DNA of 24,000 nt from Thermoleophilaceae bacterium (GTDB taxonomy: Bacteria > Actinomycetota > Thermoleophilia > Solirubrobacterales > Thermoleophilaceae), in the NCBI GenBank assembly GCA_036389295.1, contig DASVQB010000008.1, forward strand, positions 77,674 through 101,673, in the 5' to 3' direction. Made by a program: the position numbers and the translations under genes. Below are positions 20,666-24,000 of the stretch, in pieces. Positions within the stretch are counted from its first letter, which is position 1; each line of letters begins with the position of its first letter. Under the pieces are notes generated by a model. It searched no databases, was not told the DNA's origin, and was given only the letters and a program-made list of their open reading frames with translations.

Positions 20666-22546
20666 GTGCGCGATCGAGCTGCGCTGCCGGCCCCGACCCG
20701 CCGCGCGCCGGCGTCGGTCGTCCGCCGCAGCGGCGTCGTGCCCGGCGAGCGGCGCGAGGGCGGCACGGAGCTCGACCGCCCCACCCGCCAGCGCTTCGAG
20801 CGGGCGTTCGGGAGCGACTTCAGCGCCGTGCGGGTCCACGCCGACGAGCGGGCCGCGAGCGCCGCGAGCGCGGCCGGGGCCCGCGCCTACACGCTCGGCG
20901 AGGACGTGGTCTTCGGGACCGGCGAGTACGCGCCCCACACCGCGCCCGGCCGGACGCTGATCGCCCACGAGCTGGCGCACGTGACCCAGCAGCGCGCCGG
21001 CGCCGCCGGCACCGCGAGCCCGGCCGCCGCGACCACCGCCCCGGACGAGACTGCGGAGGGCGCCGCGCGCCGGAGCGCGAGCGACGTCGCGGCCGGCCGG
21101 CCGCTCGACCCGCCGCGGGCGGTCCGCGGGCCGGTCGTCCAGCGCGTCTCGTTCTTCGAGAAGCTCGGCCGCCTGATCGGCTTCGAGGGCACGTTCGCCG
21201 ACGACGAGCTCCAGGCCTACCTGCGCGACTTCGTGGACAAGGGCAGGATCGAGGACTCCTTCGACAGCGACAACAAGGCGCGCGAGGTCGTCCGCCGCTG
21301 GAGCCGCGGCCAGAGCGGGTACGCGCTGAGCGCGCAGCGGAAGGGCTGGCTGGTGCGCGAGATGACGTCCGGCTACCTGTCGGAGGCCGACCAGTCCGCG
21401 ATCGTGACGGTGCTGAGCAACTCGCCGCCGGCCGAGCGCGCCGGGATCGACGCGACCGCCCGCCTGAGCGACCAGGTCGGCCGCTTCGACCGCCCGGCGC
21501 GGCAGACGGTCAGCCAGTTGCTCGGCCCCGCGGGAGCCGCCGCGGGCAGGGCCCAGGCGGCGCCGCAGCCGCAGGCGGCCCCGAAGGCCGCGGGGCCGCG
21601 CGAGTTCGCCGACCCGCGGCCCGCGGTGCTCGCGGCGGACCGTCCGATGTACCAGCAGCTCCTCGGGTTCATCCGCGACAGCCGCACCAAGATCGTCGAG
21701 CTGCTCGCGAAGGGCGGGACGGAGCCGTGGATGCGGCCGGACAACCCCGTCATGGTCGAGCTGCTGGCCGCGCTCGACGCGCTCATCGGCGAGCTGGCCG
21801 CGGAGAGGCTGATCGTCCGGTTCACGCCGGGGCTCCCGGCCCCGGTGGCCGCGCAGTGGGACGTCATCGAGGACGTCATGTCGGTCAGGCCGATCGCGAG
21901 CAAGGACGACGCCGCGGCCGTGGCGATCAACGCGCTGCACGAGTACCAGCACGCGATCCGGGACCGGTCGACGGAGGTCGCGCTGGCGACGGGCAGCGGG
22001 CGCGTCGAGGAGAGCGCCGCCGACTCGCTGGCGGACGAGCGGGAGGCGCGCCGCCTCGAGAGCTACTACGAGGTGCTCCTCTCCGAGCTCAAGATGTCGC
22101 CCGCCTCCCAGCTGCTCGGCACCACGCTGACCGCGAAGGCCACGTTCGTTCCCGGCTTCGAGACGATGCGGACGGGCACGGCGAAGCAGAAGGCGGCGGC
22201 CCAGAAGAAGCTCGACAAGCGGATCCTCGACGCGGGGTACGCCGAGTCGATAGCGAAGACGGCCCCGCGGAGCCAGTTCGTGATCGACCTCGACGACAAG
22301 GGCGCCGCGACGCTCCGCAGGGGGCCGGATCCCGCCGGCGCCCCCGTCCCGCTCGGAACGCCGGGGGCGGCGGTGACCACGCGCGACCAGCTCGTCACCT
22401 ACCTCACCGCCCGCGTGACGACCCTGCCGGGCTACGCGTCGTTCTTCGTCGGGCCCACCGGGGGGAAGCAGCCGATCGCGCTGTTCACCGTCGTGCGCGG
22501 GCAGCAGCGGATCGCCCAGTTCGGCCTGCCCGCGCCCAGCCCGTAG
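20666..22546 (+). CDS. DUF4157 (PF13699-type HExxH) domain protein with a large uncharacterised C-terminal region carrying a second HExxH motif
   Basis: The N-terminal signature is RQRFERAFGSDFSAVRVHADE...ARAYTLGEDVVFGTGEYAP...GRTLIAHELAHVTQQR, with HELAH at 20966-20980. A second HEYQH lies at 21938-21952. There is no signal peptide. GC3 is high across the whole 626 codons. The start GTG 20666 has no Shine-Dalgarno sequence, and GTG 20738 is an alternative. Confidence 0.75.
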   Translation: MRDRAALPAPTRRAPASVVRRSGVVPGERREGGTELDRPTRQRFERAFGSDFSAVRVHADERAASAASAAGARAYTLGEDVVFGTGEYAPHTAPGRTLIAHELAHVTQQRAGAAGTASPAAATTAPDETAEGAARRSASDVAAGRPLDPPRAVRGPVVQRVSFFEKLGRLIGFEGTFADDELQAYLRDFVDKGRIEDSFDSDNKAREVVRRWSRGQSGYALSAQRKGWLVREMTSGYLSEADQSAIVTVLSNSPPAERAGIDATARLSDQVGRFDRPARQTVSQLLGPAGAAAGRAQAAPQPQAAPKAAGPREFADPRPAVLAADRPMYQQLLGFIRDSRTKIVELLAKGGTEPWMRPDNPVMVELLAALDALIGELAAERLIVRFTPGLPAPVAAQWDVIEDVMSVRPIASKDDAAAVAINALHEYQHAIRDRSTEVALATGSGRVEESAADSLADEREARRLESYYEVLLSELKMSPASQLLGTTLTAKATFVPGFETMRTGTAKQKAAAQKKLDKRILDAGYAESIAKTAPRSQFVIDLDDKGAATLRRGPDPAGAPVPLGTPGAAVTTRDQLVTYLTARVTTLPGYASFFVGPTGGKQPIALFTVVRGQQRIAQFGLPAPSP

Positions 22547-22563
22547 CGCCGGCCCCCCGGCGC
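22546..22563 (+). terminator. perfect 7-bp GC hairpin (GCGCCGG-CCCC-CCGGCGC) starting on the last base of the DUF4157 gene stop codon
   Basis: I read this directly: 22546-22552 pairs with 22557-22563 around a 4-nt loop. No U-tract follows. Confidence 0.25.
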
Positions 22564-22590
22564 CGGCGCCGCCCGTAGGATCCCGGCCCG

Positions 22591-23142
22591 GTGAACCTGC
22601 GCACGTTCCTCCCCCCGCTCCCGCTCCCGACCGCGGCGCCGCCGGCGCCGGGCGAGCCGGCGCGCGAGCTGCCCGAGCCCGGGCTCTACGGCGGGCCGGC
22701 TGTCGTCGCCTTCCTGCGCCACACGGGCTGCCCGTTCGCGGAGGCCACCGCGCGCGCCCTGCGCGAGGCCGCGGGCGCGCACCCGGACCTCGACTGGGTC
22801 GCGGTGAGCCACGCGACCGCGGAGGCGACGGCGGCCTGGCGCGACGCCATCGGCGGCATGGAGGGCGTGCGCGTGCTGATCGACGACGGCCGCGTCCACT
22901 ACGCGACCTGGGGGCTCGGACGGACCAGCGCGCGGCACTTCATGGGCCGCAGCTCGCTGAGCGCGGTCGGCCGGCTCGCCCGGCAGGGGATCCGCAACCG
23001 CCATCCGGACGGCACCCGCTGGCAGTCCGCCGGCACGTTCGCGGTGGACGGCGACGGGGTTGTCCGCTGGCGCCACGTCCCGGAGCACGCGGGCGACCTG
23101 CCGCGCCTCGACGCCGCCGCGGCCGCGCTGACCGGCGCCTAG
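22591..23142 (+). CDS. thioredoxin-fold, AhpC/TSA (peroxiredoxin-like) family protein, single-Cys variant
   Basis: [22 protein letters not shown] resembles the FxRHxGCPFC segment of peroxiredoxin-like proteins, with the second Cys replaced by Ala. The C-terminus [15 protein letters not shown] is typical of the fold. The start is GTG 22591. Confidence 0.6.
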   Translation: MNLRTFLPPLPLPTAAPPAPGEPARELPEPGLYGGPAVVAFLRHTGCPFAEATARALREAAGAHPDLDWVAVSHATAEATAAWRDAIGGMEGVRVLIDDGRVHYATWGLGRTSARHFMGRSSLSAVGRLARQGIRNRHPDGTRWQSAGTFAVDGDGVVRWRHVPEHAGDLPRLDAAAAALTGA

Positions 23143-23150
23143 AGCGGTTC

Positions 23151-23177
23151 CGTCCCACCCCCCGACTACGGTGGGCG
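23151..23177 (+). promoter_or_regulatory. second copy of the CGTCC-N-ACCCCC-N4-TACGGTG-N-GCG motif, directly 5' of bioA
   Basis: It aligns with 17217-17243. TACGGT at 23167-23172 is a TAnnnT -10 candidate. A transcript starting about 7 nt downstream would begin at the GTG at 23180, giving a leaderless mRNA. Confidence 0.35.
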
Positions 23178-23179
23178 CC

Positions 23180-24000
23180 GTGACGCTCGCGGCCGACGAC
23201 CGGCGGCACCTCTGGCACCCGTTCACGCAGCAGCGCGGCTGGGAGCACGAGGACGCCCCGGTCATCGAGCGCGCCGACGGCGTCTGGCTGTTCGACACCT
23301 ACGGCAACCGCTACATCGACGGCATCTCGTCGCTGTGGTGCAACGTCCACGGCCACCGGCACCCGGCGATCGACATCGCCGTCAAGGACCAGCTCGACCG
23401 CGTCGCCCACACGACGATGCTCGGGCTCACGCACCCGGCGGCGATCGAGCTCGCCGGCCGGCTCGTGGAGATCGCGCCCGACGGCCTCACGCGCGTCTTC
23501 TACTCCGACAGCGGGTCGACCGCCACGGAGATCGCCCTGAAGATGACGTTCCAGTACTGGGCGCAGCGCGGCGGCGAGGACGCCCGCCGCACGCGGTTCG
23601 TCTCGCTCCGCGAGGCCTATCACGGCGACACGATCGGCTCGGTCTCGCTCGGCGGCATCGACCTCTTCCACTCCACCTACCGGCCGCTCCTGTTCGACTC
23701 GCTGAAGGCCGAGCCCGGCGACGCCGCCGACATGGAGCGGCTCCTCTCCGAGCACGCGGGCGAGGTGGCCGCCGTCATCGTCGAGCCGCTCGTCCAGGGC
23801 GCGGCGGGGATGATCGTCCACCCCGAGGGCTACCTCCGCGACGTCCGCGCGCTGTGCGACCGGTACGGCGCGCTCCTGGTCTGCGACGAGGTCGCCACCG
23901 GGTTCGGCCGCACCGGCCGCATGTTCGCCTGCGAGCACGAGGGCGTCTCGCCGGACCTCCTCTGCGTCGCGAAGGGCCTGACCGGCGGCTACATGCCGCT
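23180..24000 (+). CDS. bioA: adenosylmethionine-8-amino-7-oxononanoate aminotransferase, 5' part (it runs off the window and is absent from the ORF track)
   Basis: Manual translation gives [18 protein letters not shown]...[16 protein letters not shown]...[16 protein letters not shown]...[11 protein letters not shown]...[13 protein letters not shown]...[14 protein letters not shown]...[11 protein letters not shown], which are classic BioA motifs. GTG 23171 is an in-frame alternative start. Confidence 0.9.
   Translation, partial: MTLAADDRRHLWHPFTQQRGWEHEDAPVIERADGVWLFDTYGNRYIDGISSLWCNVHGHRHPAIDIAVKDQLDRVAHTTMLGLTHPAAIELAGRLVEIAPDGLTRVFYSDSGSTATEIALKMTFQYWAQRGGEDARRTRFVSLREAYHGDTIGSVSLGGIDLFHSTYRPLLFDSLKAEPGDAADMERLLSEHAGEVAAVIVEPLVQGAAGMIVHPEGYLRDVRALCDRYGALLVCDEVATGFGRTGRMFACEHEGVSPDLLCVAKGLTGGYMP

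Noticed and set aside
20231-21952. A 573-aa '-' ORF antisense to bioD and the DUF4157 gene.
   Set aside because: It has no recognisable motifs and low-complexity composition. The sense-strand genes carry clear family signatures.
1-24000. A window-wide search by eye for tRNA, rRNA, CRISPR arrays, transposase or integrase genes, phage genes and known defence-system genes.
   Set aside because: I found none. There are no spaced identical repeats of CRISPR type, no tRNA-like T-arm (GGTTCGAATCC-type) context, no IS-like terminal inverted repeats, and no DDE or tyrosine-recombinase motifs in any plausible ORF. I saw no obvious compositional island either. AT-richer spots are confined to short intergenic promoter or RBS regions.

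Overview
This is a very high-GC (roughly 70-75% by eye) bacterial chromosomal segment. Its gene content, GC3-saturated codon usage and frequent ATGA/GTGA start-stop overlaps look Actinomycetota-like, but I cannot assign a taxon without a search. The six-frame track is full of long spurious or chimeric ORFs typical of this GC content. I selected real genes by recognisable protein motifs, GC3 and start/stop geometry. Order of content: (1) nt 1-3629, four '+' genes chained by ATGA overlaps: exported protein, M14 peptidase, ECF sigma, and a membrane protein with a beta-propeller that looks like an anti-sigma factor. (2) A small ABM-fold protein and a secreted hypothetical protein. (3) A second ECF sigma with a soluble zinc-finger (HxxxCxxC) anti-sigma, divergent from a 946-aa beta-propeller/phosphoesterase fusion. 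(4) Housekeeping genes: two SDRs, arfB, an MBL-fold hydrolase and a 5'-truncated DUF559 remnant. (5) A '-' strand GT-A glycosyltransferase/glpK/plsC-family operon. (6) A biotin region: a 70-aa stand-alone biotinyl-domain protein, a crotonase, bioB, bioF and bioD, then two unrelated genes, then bioA running off the window. The two unrelated genes are a 626-aa DUF4157 HExxH toxin-like protein and a thioredoxin-fold protein. I found no tRNA, rRNA, CRISPR array, transposase or integrase. The most unusual items are the DUF4157 two-HExxH protein splitting the bio cluster, a conserved ~27-nt motif directly 5' of both bioB and bioA, a bioD with no canonical start codon, and the biotinyl-carrier + crotonase pair upstream of bioB. 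All family assignments come from motif recognition by eye and need HMM or BLAST confirmation.
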